The notes beneath the pieces are model-generated. The model saw nothing but the letters and a program-made list of their open reading frames with translations, was not told the origin of the DNA and did no database searches. This document shows, in pieces, positions 45,335 to 55,682 of a stretch of DNA of 64,000 bases. The DNA lies in the NCBI GenBank assembly GCA_046290225.1, contig JBKAGE010000070.1, positions 64,001-128,000 of the forward strand, written 5' to 3'. The stretch's first letter is position 1. Each line of letters begins with the position of its first letter. This DNA is from Bradymonadia bacterium. Lineage in GTDB: Bacteria; Myxococcota_A; Bradymonadia; UBA7976; UBA1532. A program made the position numbers and the translations under genes.

Positions 45335-45500
45335 GATCCCTCGTGGTTGGTCGGTGAGCGGGTATACGGTAATCGTTCTGTGGTGGTCGATGCACTCGCT
45401 CTGTGCGTCGGCCTATCATGACAGCCTCCACCTCGACGGCATCACCTTCGAGATGGAGGGCCTCTGAGACTGAAGCGAGACCTCTGGTAATATCTGCGCC

Positions 45501-46394
45501 ATGCGCCTCTTTCTTTCCCTCATGCTCTTCTTGAGTGGCTGTCAGTTCGACGATGGCCGCCTGAGTGAGCGCTGCGACGAGATGACCCCCTGCCCTTCAG
45601 GTACGCAGTGTGAGCAGGGGTTGTGTCGTACCGTCGTGCCTCTGCCCCCGAGCAATGATGGTGCAGTAGACGCTGCAGTGCTCGATGGCGCCCTCATGGG
45701 CGATGCTGAGCCTCCACGGCCCGTGCCGCCGGACAGAGGCCCGCCGCCAGGGCCACCAGATTTCGGCCTGCCCGACGCCAAGGTGCAGCCCCCTGACGCG
45801 GCATTGCCACCCGACGCGATGCCGCCAGAGGATGCAGAGCCACCCCCGCCTCCTGATGCTGAGCTCCCACCTGAAGAGCTGGTGCGGGATCCGACGGACG
45901 ACACCTTCGTGAGCTCGATCTTCGAGAACCAGCCTGTGGGCGCTCGGGAGAACACGCTCTTCGTGCGGGCAGGCGTCGGCGGCCGCACAGAGGCCTTCTT
46001 TCGTTTTCCTCTGGACTTCGCACCACCTCAGGGGGCACGGATCCGGGCGAGGTTGTCGATCAAAGTGCGGCAGTCTCCGGTCAACCTGCAGGAAGAGGCG
46101 CGCCTTCGGCTCTCTCAGGTCGAGTCGGACTGGTCGGAAGACACCCTCACCTGGCAGATCCGGCCGTCGGTGATCCGCACCTATGCCGACGACACGGATC
46201 AACGGCCGGAGAGTGGCCAGTGGGCCCGCTGGGAGGTGGGCCCCGAGGTGGCCGACGGGCTGCGGATGGGCGCGACCCACATCGCCTTCGGGCTGAGGGC
46301 ACCCTCTGGTGAAGAAGGGCTGAGTCAATGGACCCTGTACAGCAAAGAGACCCCCAGGGCAGAGGATCGACCCCTGCTGGAGCTGTCGTGGTGA
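45501..46394 (+). CDS. Lipoprotein with Pro-rich linker and DNRLRE/CBM96-like C-terminal domain
   Basis: Lipobox LSGC; DDTFVSS, AFFRFPL, WSEDTLTW, YSKE...RPLL. Confidence 0.75.
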   Translation: MRLFLSLMLFLSGCQFDDGRLSERCDEMTPCPSGTQCEQGLCRTVVPLPPSNDGAVDAAVLDGALMGDAEPPRPVPPDRGPPPGPPDFGLPDAKVQPPDAALPPDAMPPEDAEPPPPPDAELPPEELVRDPTDDTFVSSIFENQPVGARENTLFVRAGVGGRTEAFFRFPLDFAPPQGARIRARLSIKVRQSPVNLQEEARLRLSQVESDWSEDTLTWQIRPSVIRTYADDTDQRPESGQWARWEVGPEVADGLRMGATHIAFGLRAPSGEEGLSQWTLYSKETPRAEDRPLLELSW

Positions 46395-47332
46395 CGCTCT
46401 GCAGGATCCTGATACCGCTCCTCTGTCTATGGGCGAGCGCCGCTGTGGCGCAGTCTACTCGGCGGGTGGCCCTGCTGACCCCCCAGGCGGAGGATCCCGA
46501 CAGCACCGATGCAGCTGCGGAGCTCGGTCTGGCCCTGGAGCGGGCACTGCGCCGCACAGATCAAGTGGCTCAGGTGGGCCGTTCGATGTCCCCCGACGAG
46601 TTGCTGGCGGCCTTCGGCTGTCTGGAGATCGATCGCCAATGTGCACAGCAGGTGGGCCGCTCCATGAAGGCCACCGAGGTGATCCGGGCCACGGTGCGCA
46701 GCCGCCGCCGTGGCTTCGAGGTCGATCTCTGGCGCCTGTCCACCTCTTCAGGGGCGTCGATTCAAGAGATGCGCTGGCGGGTCGAGGGCGAGGAGAGCGT
46801 CGGTCAGCGAGATGACGTGCTCTCGCCCGTGAGCTCTGCCCTGGCCCGCTGGATCATCCACGACGATATGACCCGTGACGCTGCGCTGCTGCCCCTGAGC
46901 CCAGATCGCGCCCCGGCACAGCTCGATGGCCGCCCGGTGCCTTCGGGTCAGCTGGCGGCGGTCTCACCGGGTCGTCATGAGGTGGCGGCCATCGGCCGAC
47001 CCTCCATGATGCTCGACCTCGCCCCAGGAGAGATCAAGGTGGTCGATCTGCCTGTCTCTCTCGGCGAGGTCGAAGTGCCCAAGCGCGGCCTCACCGGTCG
47101 TCGACTCGGCGCCTGGCTTACCCTCGGCCTCGGCGTCGTCGCGGGCCTCGGTGCCAGTTGGGCGGCCCTCGAGATGGGCAGCACCCAGGACGACTTCAAT
47201 CAGGCCAACGATCGCACCACCCTGGAAGAGCTCGCCGCTCGGGGGAACAACCTCGAGAACACCGCCAACGGCCTCATGGTGCTCACGGTGATCTCTCTGG
47301 GCACCTCCACCTGGCTGTTCCTCGACGATTGA
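46391..47332 (+). CDS. Exported protein with PEGA-like segment and C-terminal membrane helices
   Basis: GTGA overlap; signal peptide; AQLDGRPV...VSPGRHEV; hydrophobic C-terminus. Confidence 0.65.
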   Translation: MTLCRILIPLLCLWASAAVAQSTRRVALLTPQAEDPDSTDAAAELGLALERALRRTDQVAQVGRSMSPDELLAAFGCLEIDRQCAQQVGRSMKATEVIRATVRSRRRGFEVDLWRLSTSSGASIQEMRWRVEGEESVGQRDDVLSPVSSALARWIIHDDMTRDAALLPLSPDRAPAQLDGRPVPSGQLAAVSPGRHEVAAIGRPSMMLDLAPGEIKVVDLPVSLGEVEVPKRGLTGRRLGAWLTLGLGVVAGLGASWAALEMGSTQDDFNQANDRTTLEELAARGNNLENTANGLMVLTVISLGTSTWLFLDD

Positions 47333-48387
47333 TGCTCTCACCCACCCTCTTGTTGTTCATCGGCGCCCTTGGCGCTTTCGATCCGGCCCCGGCTCTCAGA
47401 GCGCTGGAGCACAGCGAAGGCCGCTGGGCGGCGATGTCGCAGATCCTGGGCCTGGGGCCAGTCGATCTCCAAGCAGCGCGGGACAATGATCGCCTGCTCG
47501 AGGCGGTGGCCCGAGTGCTCGACGATCCGATCCTGCCCGTGAGCCACCGGATCATCGCCGCCCGCACCCTCGCCCGCCTGCGCGGCGGCGCCGAGACGTG
47601 CGCTCGACAGCTGACTCGCGGCGCCGACACGCCCGAGGGGATCGTCGTGGCACGGGCCGCAGCGGTGACGCTGCGACAACTCGACACGGCCCCCGCCCGA
47701 AAGCTGCTGCGCGTCGGCCTGGCGCACCCGGATCCCGAGGTTCGAGCCACGGCAGCTGCAGCAGGGCCCGATGTGGGCCTCGTGTGCACGGTGCTGCAGA
47801 GCGATCGCTGGCCTCAGGTCAGGGCCCGAGCCGCTGAGGGGCTCGCCATGGCAGATGCCCAGAGCGAGGCGCCGGCCTGCCTCGTAAAGGCCCTGAGCGA
47901 TGGTGCCCCCACTGTTCAACGGGCCGCAGCGGCGAGCCTCGTCCGGCTCGCCCCGACCGCGGCAAAGCAGCCTCTGCTCACACTGGCGGCCAACCCCAAG
48001 GGCGATCTCGCCGCCCGATCGGAGGCCCTCGCCGCCCTCGGCGCTCTCGGCGTGCTGGACCCGGCAAAGCAAGTCCTGGAGACCCACCTGAGCAAAGGTG
48101 GCATCGAACCCCTCGCCCTCGGCGCGACGCGGGGGCTCGCGCTCAGCGACTCAGACGAAGCGCTCCCATTGTTGAGAGCGGCGCTCTCGTCCGGTCACCC
48201 ACCTGTCTGGCGCATGGCTGCAGAGGCTCTCGTGGCCCGTAAAGACCCCGAGACGCTCCCCCTCCTGAAGGCGAAGCTGAGCAAGGCGACAGCCCGTGAG
48301 CGCGCGGTGTTACAGCCACTCGTGCAATTGCTGGAGACGGTGGATACGCCCCCTGAAGACGAAGCCCTCGAGGACGAAGACCTGTAG
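47332..48387 (+). CDS. HEAT-repeat protein
   Basis: TGATG overlap; repeated D...VR..AA..L units. Confidence 0.8.
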   Translation: MLSPTLLLFIGALGAFDPAPALRALEHSEGRWAAMSQILGLGPVDLQAARDNDRLLEAVARVLDDPILPVSHRIIAARTLARLRGGAETCARQLTRGADTPEGIVVARAAAVTLRQLDTAPARKLLRVGLAHPDPEVRATAAAAGPDVGLVCTVLQSDRWPQVRARAAEGLAMADAQSEAPACLVKALSDGAPTVQRAAAASLVRLAPTAAKQPLLTLAANPKGDLAARSEALAALGALGVLDPAKQVLETHLSKGGIEPLALGATRGLALSDSDEALPLLRAALSSGHPPVWRMAAEALVARKDPETLPLLKAKLSKATARERAVLQPLVQLLETVDTPPEDEALEDEDL

Positions 48388-48392
48388 AAATC

Positions 48393-49481
48393 TCAGGGGT
48401 TCGTGATGCAGAGGCCCACGCCTCGCACCCGGCCTCCGCCGGTGGCGAGGGCTTCGACGCAGGCCTGATTTGCCGGGCACGGATCGATGTAGGCCCCAGT
48501 GTCACAGAGCGTGCGGCACACCATGTTGCCCCCCTGGTTCCCGATGCACAGCAACCCAGGCGCGCAATCGTCACCGCCCTCGGGGAACAGCTGACAGGGC
48601 TCGCCATCTGCAGCCTCACCGGTCACTGGGCGGCACGATCCCACGATGCGGCCATCTTGTCGGATGGCGTAGGTGCACTTCTGATCGGCCTCGCAGCCCT
48701 CATTGGTCAGGAAGCTACACGCAGGGGGGTTGCACAGCCCCATGGGTACGGCCACAGCCTCGGAGATGTCGTCGCATCGATCATTGTCGGGACACATGGG
48801 GGCACTGGGATCACACACTGGGGTGCACACGCTGAAGTTGCACACCAGCCCCTCGGCACAAGGCTGAGGCAGGCGGTCATCTTCCGAACAACGCTCCCCC
48901 GCCTGGAGTGCCCCCGCCGCTGTGCACACGGTGGCGCCGCCTTGCAAATGACAGTACGGCCGATCGCCAGGGCAGTCACCCGCTCCAGGAGTACACGCGT
49001 CTCCTGGCTCGCACTGTCCCTGGTAGATTTCGCCGCCGGGAATGGGCCGGCAGAACTGCCCGGGCGGGCACGCCGCTGCAGCAAGGCGCGGATCGCAATC
49101 GGGGTTGATGTTGGGATCTCCTCCCATGGGCATGCCACCCATCGGGGCGCCACCTGCGCCGCCCATCGGTACACCCCCGGCGCCGCCGTCACCTCCTGCG
49201 CCTCCTTCAGGCACGCCGCCCATGGGCATGCCCCCCATCGGGACGCCTCCAGCTCCGCCTTCTGGAGCACCTCCCATGGGGCTGCCACCCATCGGGCTAC
49301 CCCCCATCGGACTGCCACCCATCGGGGCTTCACCCCCCATGCCCCCGCTGGTCATGGGGGGCGGGAGCACCGCCGCGTCGAAGATCATCGTCGGGCCAGG
49401 GCCCGAGGCGGCCTCGTCGTCACACCCAGGCACACAGAGGCCAGCGACGAGCAGCACGAGGCTGTGGTGAGCGAAGCGCAT
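48393..49481 (-). CDS. Cys-rich lipoprotein with GGxPM repeat linker
   Basis: Lipobox VPGC; (GG[S/A/M/V]P[M/E]) repeats; multiple disulfide modules. Confidence 0.8.
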   Translation of the reverse strand: MRFAHHSLVLLVAGLCVPGCDDEAASGPGPTMIFDAAVLPPPMTSGGMGGEAPMGGSPMGGSPMGGSPMGGAPEGGAGGVPMGGMPMGGVPEGGAGGDGGAGGVPMGGAGGAPMGGMPMGGDPNINPDCDPRLAAAACPPGQFCRPIPGGEIYQGQCEPGDACTPGAGDCPGDRPYCHLQGGATVCTAAGALQAGERCSEDDRLPQPCAEGLVCNFSVCTPVCDPSAPMCPDNDRCDDISEAVAVPMGLCNPPACSFLTNEGCEADQKCTYAIRQDGRIVGSCRPVTGEAADGEPCQLFPEGGDDCAPGLLCIGNQGGNMVCRTLCDTGAYIDPCPANQACVEALATGGGRVRGVGLCITNP

Positions 49482-49596
49482 CGCGATCCTTTCCAGAGGG
49501 GGGTCTCCTCGAGGGGCTGGGGCCGGCGGCCCCGGTGACGAACGGCCTCAGCATAACCCAACCATGTGGTATACACACCCCGCCTTGAACGAGCCC

Positions 49597-50613
49597 ATGG
49601 AGCCCACAGTGTCTGCCAGCGTCCACTCCGGCATCACCCTCACTCAGCACATCTTGCGCAAACAGGACGAGCACCCCGAAGCCCGGGGCCAGCTCTCGGT
49701 GCTGCTCACTCAGATCGGCGTCGCCTGCAAACTCATCTCCGCTCAGGTTCGCCGGGCGGGTCTCGTCGAAGTGTGGGGCAGCACCGGCGAGATCAATGTG
49801 CAGGGCGAGACTGTGCAGAAGCTCGACCGCATCGCCAACGACACCCTCGTCGAGGTGCTGTCGCGCTCTGGCTGCGTCGCCGCGATGGCCAGTGAGGAAG
49901 AGCACAAGATCATCGAGGTGACCCCGGAGCAGGCGGGGGATTACGTGGTGACCTTCGACCCCCTCGACGGCTCGTCCAACATCGACGTGAACGTGTCCAT
50001 CGGCACCATCTTCTCGATCTACAAGCGCAAGAACCCCGAAGAGGTGCTGCAGAGCGATGTGCTCCGCCCAGGTCGGGAGCAGGTGGCGGCGGGCTACGTG
50101 ATCTATGGCTCGAGCACGGCCCTGGTCTACACCGACGGCCTCAGCGTCGATGCTTTCACCCTCGATCCGAGCTGCGGCGAGTTCTTCTTGACCCGGGCCA
50201 ACATCAAGATGCCCAAGAAGACCAAGCTGCTGTCGATCAACGAGTGCAACGAGCCCTACTGGGCCCCCTGGGTGGACAAGCTGCTGGCCGAGATCAAAGG
50301 CCGCAACGATCTGGAGAAGCGCCGCATCAGCGCCCGCCACATCGGCAGCCTGGTCTCCGACTTTCACCGCAACCTGATCAAGGGCGGGCTGTACCTCTAC
50401 CCGGTGAACTCGCACACGGGCCGCGGGAAGCTGCGGGTGTCGTATGAGTGCAACCCCCTGGCCTTCATCGCTGAGGTGGCCGGCGGGGCGGCGATTGGGG
50501 AGCACGGGCCGATCCTCGACATCGTGCCCACAGGCCTGCACGACCGCACGGGGCTGGTGATCGGCCCCGCTGACGATGTGGCTCTGGCTCAGCGATTGCT
50601 CGAAGAGGGCTGA
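49597..50613 (+). CDS. fbp: Class 1 fructose-1,6-bisphosphatase
   Basis: NVQGETVQKLD, ASEE, FDPLDGSSNIDVNVSIGTIF, GKLRVSYECNP; start 49597 or GTG 49609. Confidence 0.96.
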   Translation: MEPTVSASVHSGITLTQHILRKQDEHPEARGQLSVLLTQIGVACKLISAQVRRAGLVEVWGSTGEINVQGETVQKLDRIANDTLVEVLSRSGCVAAMASEEEHKIIEVTPEQAGDYVVTFDPLDGSSNIDVNVSIGTIFSIYKRKNPEEVLQSDVLRPGREQVAAGYVIYGSSTALVYTDGLSVDAFTLDPSCGEFFLTRANIKMPKKTKLLSINECNEPYWAPWVDKLLAEIKGRNDLEKRRISARHIGSLVSDFHRNLIKGGLYLYPVNSHTGRGKLRVSYECNPLAFIAEVAGGAAIGEHGPILDIVPTGLHDRTGLVIGPADDVALAQRLLEEG

Positions 50614-50689
50614 GCGCACAGCTCACATCAAGCCCAAGCCCTCCACTGCCGATGTTTCTGGGGTAGCGCTCATCGCCCTGGAGCCCCCG

Positions 50690-52846
50690 ATGGATCGTGC
50701 CCCTCGTCTGCTCGTGGTTCATGAAGACGCCACCGAGCTCTTGTCCCTGGCCCGCGTGTGCTCGGAGCATGGTTTCGACGTGATCAACGCGCGCACCGTC
50801 GATCAGGCAAAGAGCAAACTCGAGGCCGAGGGGGACAGCTTCGAGGTCTTACTGATGCACTGGCAGCTGCCTCGGGCCGGGGCCATGCACCTCACCCTCA
50901 CGGCTCACGAGCTGGGTCAGAGCGCCCCCCGATTCGTGATGGTCTTCTGTGGCTCCTGGCAGCGGCAGGACCTCCGCAAGGGACTACAGCTCGGCATCGA
51001 CGCGTTTCTGACCAACCCCATCTCGCCGGAGACCCTCGACACCGAGCTGTCGATGCTGCACAGCACCGGCTCCAGCCTCACCCGCAGCCGCATTCTGGAA
51101 GACGCTGGCACTGCAGGGCTGACCTACGATCCGCGCCTCTGGGCCGGAGAGCTCACGCGCCGTGAAGATGAAGCGCTGGCCCATCACGCTCAGGACCAGC
51201 TGGAGCGTCTGGCTCTGCGTCGCCGACAACGCCTCGAGATGCTCAAGGGCGATCTCGCCCGGCTCTCTGGAGGCGAGCCTGACCCATTGATCTTGCAGGC
51301 GCTGCAAGAGGTCCTGCAGAGCGACACCCCGGAGATTGGCGCCGTGGCGCAAAGCTGGGGTGTAGACGGCGATCTGCTCAGCCAGCTGTACTCGCTGTTG
51401 CAAGACCCGCACGAGTCGCCGGTCATCCGTCAGGTCAGACGCCCTGAGCACCTGTGGCTCGCCGAGGCGCTGCTCCGACGGGCCGTGGCTCGCCGACGAG
51501 CGGGTGAGTCGGACGCTGAAGACAGCACCCTCGCCCGGCTCGCAGTCCGGGGCCTCAGCGCAGAGGCGCAGGCCAGCGACACCCAGGCGCTGATTCAGGC
51601 CCTCAGCGATCGCTTCTTACTCCCGACCTCCATCGTCAACGAGCTCGACGACGATGATCTGGCCTATGTGGCCCGCCGCCTCGCAGCCCGTGGGGTGCCC
51701 GAAGAAGAGCACCCTCTCGATGCCGCCCGGGTGCGGCTGTGCTTGCTGGGTTATCTCATGGTGCATCTCGAGCCCTGGGGCCCGGATCCGGATTTGATCC
51801 CGGGGCTCAACGCCCTCTTGAGCGGCGTTGAGGACGACATCAAGACAGCGGCGGCTGAGATCGAGCCAGATCGGCCCAAGGGGCCCGAGGAGCTGGCACC
51901 GCTGTCCGCACTCTCGGACAGCCTGCTCCAAATGATGGATCAGGAGATCCATGTTGCTGGGGTGAACCTTGCAGATCTCTCGACCATGTGCCGAGCCCTC
52001 GGTGACGCCGAGCTGCCAGGGGGTGAGCTCGAGAGCCGCCGTATCGAGGCACTCGTCGAGGCGCTGAACGCCGGGCCGGTGCAAGCGCTGCCCCGAGCGA
52101 CGGCTGCGGCGCTCGCTCAATGGCTCTCCACCGCTCGGGAGCCGGATCTGGATCCGGCGCCTTCGTGGCTCACGGGCCTCTTCGACAAAGGACCCTGGGA
52201 CCCGAAGCGTCTCTCACAGCTGACGCAGATCCTCGAGGGGGTACAAATCCCTCAGGGAGATCCGCCGGTGTGGGTGGACGATCTACGGGCTGATCTGGGT
52301 GCGCCGCCCCTGGAGATCCCCAAGGCGTCTCCGCCGGTTCAGCCAACAGAGCTGCTTCCAGAGTCTCCCACCCCTGGCACGATGCCCCACTGGGTCCGGA
52401 CCAACAGCCACCGCCCGGAGATCATCCTCGGGCGCCTGGTGGAGTTGAGCCGCTCCGGTGATGTCCAAGGCATCCGCGCCTTGCGGGCGGCGCTCTCTCT
52501 GGGCCCTGGCCCTGCACAGGTGGACGACGTCTTGAGGCTGCTCGACGAGTCTGCTCTGAGCGGGGCCTATGTGGCCCTGGCAGACTTGCCGGAGAGCCAC
52601 CCACGGCTCGGGCCAGTGTGCAACACGGTGGCCCTGGCCCTCGGCGTGAGCGGCTGCTACGCCGCGGCGACGACGGTGTATCGAAGGGCCCTGAAGCGGC
52701 ACCCGGACCGGGCCTACCTCTGGTTCAACTACGCGCGTTTGCTGGTCGAGCAGGGTCGAAAGGGAGAGGCGAGGCCTCTGTTGGAAGAGGCCTGCCGGCT
52801 GGCACCGGATCTGGTCTCGGCCCAGCGACTGTTGGAGAGGCTCTAG
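50690..52846 (+). CDS. Atypical receiver-domain protein with C-terminal TPR
   Basis: N-terminal receiver fold (LLVVHED...VLLMHWQLP...FLTNP); TPR (YRRALKRHPD..LWFNYARLL...EEACRLAPD). Confidence 0.75.
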   Translation: MDRAPRLLVVHEDATELLSLARVCSEHGFDVINARTVDQAKSKLEAEGDSFEVLLMHWQLPRAGAMHLTLTAHELGQSAPRFVMVFCGSWQRQDLRKGLQLGIDAFLTNPISPETLDTELSMLHSTGSSLTRSRILEDAGTAGLTYDPRLWAGELTRREDEALAHHAQDQLERLALRRRQRLEMLKGDLARLSGGEPDPLILQALQEVLQSDTPEIGAVAQSWGVDGDLLSQLYSLLQDPHESPVIRQVRRPEHLWLAEALLRRAVARRRAGESDAEDSTLARLAVRGLSAEAQASDTQALIQALSDRFLLPTSIVNELDDDDLAYVARRLAARGVPEEEHPLDAARVRLCLLGYLMVHLEPWGPDPDLIPGLNALLSGVEDDIKTAAAEIEPDRPKGPEELAPLSALSDSLLQMMDQEIHVAGVNLADLSTMCRALGDAELPGGELESRRIEALVEALNAGPVQALPRATAAALAQWLSTAREPDLDPAPSWLTGLFDKGPWDPKRLSQLTQILEGVQIPQGDPPVWVDDLRADLGAPPLEIPKASPPVQPTELLPESPTPGTMPHWVRTNSHRPEIILGRLVELSRSGDVQGIRALRAALSLGPGPAQVDDVLRLLDESALSGAYVALADLPESHPRLGPVCNTVALALGVSGCYAAATTVYRRALKRHPDRAYLWFNYARLLVEQGRKGEARPLLEEACRLAPDLVSAQRLLERL

Positions 52847-52868
52847 CGACCGCTGGCTGAAACCTGCC

Positions 52869-54197
52869 TCAGAGTGAAGACAGGGCCTTCTCGATCTTCT
52901 TGAGCACGTGGGCGTCCTGCTTCTCGGCGCCCTTGTAGGACTTCTTCAGCTTCTCGAAGACCTTCTTGTCCCCCCCGAGATCCTTGAGGGTGTCCACGGC
53001 ACCGGTTCGCGCCATCCAGTTGGTCTTCCGGTCCACGATGATGTCGTTGAGCACCTTGTGCACGTCGGCGGCCTTGTACCAGGGCGCCGCCTCCTGGAAC
53101 TTGGGCTTCTTGGCCCAGCGCAGGCGGGAGAAGACCGTCCACGGGGGGTTCTTCTCATCGCGGTGGGCCTTGTCTTTGAGCAGGGCCAGCGTATGGGTGT
53201 AGGCCGCCTTGCTCGGGGCCTTGTGAGGCACCGGCGCAGACCACATGGCGATGATGCCCTCGAAGCACGAGGCGAACATGCGCGGATCTTTCAGGTTCTC
53301 GGCCTGCTTGGCGTCGGTCATCTTCTTGAGCAGGGGCAGCGCCCGCTCGTCGCCGCGCTCGCCGAGGCGCTTGCAGGCGAACCGCCGCACGTCTTCGGAA
53401 GTGTCGGACTTGACGATGTCCATGGCCTTCTCGAGGGTGCCCTCGGTGCCCTGAGCCCAGGAAGAGGTCAACCAGCTGACCACCTCGATGCGCACCTTCT
53501 CGTCGGCGTGCTGGGCCGTCTCGAGCAGCAGAGCCCGAACCCCCTCGTTCTTGCCCACCGAAGAGCCCATGGCCCGAATCATGGCCCGCAACACACGGGC
53601 GTCTTTCTCGGCCTTGGCGGCGGCCACGAGGGCCTGCTGGCTGTCTTCCGAGGCACCAAAGATCGAGCTCATCATGCTCGCCGACTGCAGCCGCACCGCA
53701 GGGTGTTCGTGGCTGATGTGCTTCTTGCCCAGGCTGGCGTACAGGCCGCCGAGGTTCTTCATCGCAGCCTTGCGCCCGGCCTTGCGGGCGGCATCGTAGG
53801 CCTTCCAGGCATCGCACTTGCGATCGATGTCCCGCTCGGTGACCTCACAGGCGGTGAGGCCCAGGAGCAGCGCCTCGAACTGCTCGGGGGTCGGCGCTTC
53901 GCCGGGCTTGAGCATGGCGGCGGCGGTCTTCTTGGCGTCTGCGGCGGCCTCGAGGGCCCCTTGAGCGCCCTTGGCCACATCACCAGCGGCCTTCTCGGCC
54001 CCGGCCTTTGCCGCGTCACCGGCGGTCTTGGCCACCTCGGTGGCTTTGTCGCCGGCCGCTTTGGCCTTGTCGCTGGCGGCCTTCTGAGCGGTCTCGCCGG
54101 TCTTGGTGTCCTTCTTGGGGGTGTCGCTCTTCTGGCCACAGCCCCCGAGCGCCAAGAGCGAGGTGGCCAGGGCCACAGTGATCAGCCTGCGCTTCAT
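52869..54197 (-). CDS. HEAT-repeat lipoprotein
   Basis: MKRRLITVALATSLLALGGC lipobox; Ala/Lys linker; HEAT units (HPAVR, DEKVR, SEDVRR). Confidence 0.82.
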   Translation of the reverse strand: MKRRLITVALATSLLALGGCGQKSDTPKKDTKTGETAQKAASDKAKAAGDKATEVAKTAGDAAKAGAEKAAGDVAKGAQGALEAAADAKKTAAAMLKPGEAPTPEQFEALLLGLTACEVTERDIDRKCDAWKAYDAARKAGRKAAMKNLGGLYASLGKKHISHEHPAVRLQSASMMSSIFGASEDSQQALVAAAKAEKDARVLRAMIRAMGSSVGKNEGVRALLLETAQHADEKVRIEVVSWLTSSWAQGTEGTLEKAMDIVKSDTSEDVRRFACKRLGERGDERALPLLKKMTDAKQAENLKDPRMFASCFEGIIAMWSAPVPHKAPSKAAYTHTLALLKDKAHRDEKNPPWTVFSRLRWAKKPKFQEAAPWYKAADVHKVLNDIIVDRKTNWMARTGAVDTLKDLGGDKKVFEKLKKSYKGAEKQDAHVLKKIEKALSSL

Positions 54198-54287
54198 AAT
54201 CTTCAGCTTCCTCTCATGGATCGTGACAGGGATGATTGGCGACGGCAGCGCAGGTGTCAATGCAACCGCAGCCTTTGCCCTTCGAGG

Positions 54288-55445
54288 TCAACGCTGTGCG
54301 AGGGCCGCGGAGATGGCGCTGTCGAGGGCCCGGGCCATCTGATCCAGGGTGATGTCGTCGCGCATCAACTGCCGACCGCGCGCGGAGACGCGCTGGCGAC
54401 CCTCGTCGTCGGCACACACCCTGGCCACCACGTCGACGAGGGCAGGTACGTCACCTCGGCGGTAGCGCCACCCCGTCTCTTCATGGCGCACGATCTCGGC
54501 GTCAGCCCCACGCTCGTCGGCGATGATGGTGGGGGTGCCAAAGGCCATCGACTGGTTGATCGACAACCCCACGGCCCCCGGGAAGATGGCCATGTGAGCC
54601 GCCGAGAGCCACGCATAGTCGTCTCCCTCGGGCACCCGCCCCGTGACGATGATGTCGCGCCCCTCAGGATCGAGCACCTGCGCCTGTGAACGCCTCAGCT
54701 CGAGATCCGGGCCGCCACCGACGAGCACCAGAGCCAGGGTCGGATCGATGGCTTTGAGCGCAGGCCACGCCGCGAGCAGGTCGCCCTGTCGCTTATCGGT
54801 GAACATACGCCCTACGCACACGATGGCCTTGCGGCCCTCGAGGCCTGCCTCTTCGAGCAGCCGCTGGCCTCGGGCGGCGATGGCGTCGCCATCGGTGAAG
54901 ATACGATCGGTGTCGATGGTGTTGTGGGCCACGTGAATGCGGTCTTCGGCGAAACCGAGCTGCATCAGCTCTGCCCGGGAGGCGTCGCCGTACACGATGG
55001 CACGAGCATACTGTCGATACAGCCCCCACTTGCTCGCTCCGGTGACAAAGCCTGGCAGCCCCGAGAAGCTGTGCACCTTGGACCAGCACACCGGCACCGT
55101 GCCCACCTTGCGACACACCGATGGCAGGCGCCACGCGCTCAAGCACCGTGGGCTGGCCCCCACGATGAGCACATCGGGTTGCCCCCGGCTGACCCGGGCC
55201 TCGGCGCCGGGCCACCAGCTCACCGTCTGCCCCGCCACGGCGCGGGTCACATAGGGCTGATGATTGAACCACGGCCGCCGCACGCCGCCCGTCCCTGCGC
55301 CATCGACGAGGGGCCCGAAGATTTGCAGGTCGTACCGCCCGTCGGCGAGCACGCGCACTGCATCGAAGATGGGGGCGCGGTAGTGCTCTACGGTGGGCTG
55401 GAAGATCCAGACGTTCGCGGGGGCAGAGGGCTCAGATGCGTGCAT
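54288..55445 (-). CDS. Glycosyltransferase family 4
   Basis: VGRMFTDK, VLVGGGP, GLSINQSMAFGTP, AEIVRHEETG. Confidence 0.9.
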   Translation of the reverse strand: MHASEPSAPANVWIFQPTVEHYRAPIFDAVRVLADGRYDLQIFGPLVDGAGTGGVRRPWFNHQPYVTRAVAGQTVSWWPGAEARVSRGQPDVLIVGASPRCLSAWRLPSVCRKVGTVPVCWSKVHSFSGLPGFVTGASKWGLYRQYARAIVYGDASRAELMQLGFAEDRIHVAHNTIDTDRIFTDGDAIAARGQRLLEEAGLEGRKAIVCVGRMFTDKRQGDLLAAWPALKAIDPTLALVLVGGGPDLELRRSQAQVLDPEGRDIIVTGRVPEGDDYAWLSAAHMAIFPGAVGLSINQSMAFGTPTIIADERGADAEIVRHEETGWRYRRGDVPALVDVVARVCADDEGRQRVSARGRQLMRDDITLDQMARALDSAISAALAQR

Positions 55446-55682
55446 GCCGATCTCGAAGGGTGCTGGGGATGCTCAGAGGTGCTGTCGGTGGGACAGTATC
55501 ATCAGCGCTGTGTCAGTAGACCCTGCAAGGGCCCAAACTATCCGCTCGATGTGTGCTCACACGATCGACTGGGGGCGAGGTCCAGTCTCGAGCTAGAAAT
55601 CACTTCTCCTCATCAGTGTCCAGTGAGAAACCTGGGCGCAGACGCAGCATCCACACCTGGACATCATCACTGGAGCACCCTC

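Noticed and set aside
52908..54689. Other long antisense ORFs (also 57436-59481, 61436-63613, 32668-34194, 4402-5850)
   Set aside because: Each mirrors a well-supported gene on the other strand, as expected in high-GC DNA.
54924..55682. Long N-terminal extension of the SDR ORF
   Set aside because: It overlaps the GT4 gene on the opposite strand; the SDR Rossmann motif begins right after ATG 55683, which has a GGAG RBS.
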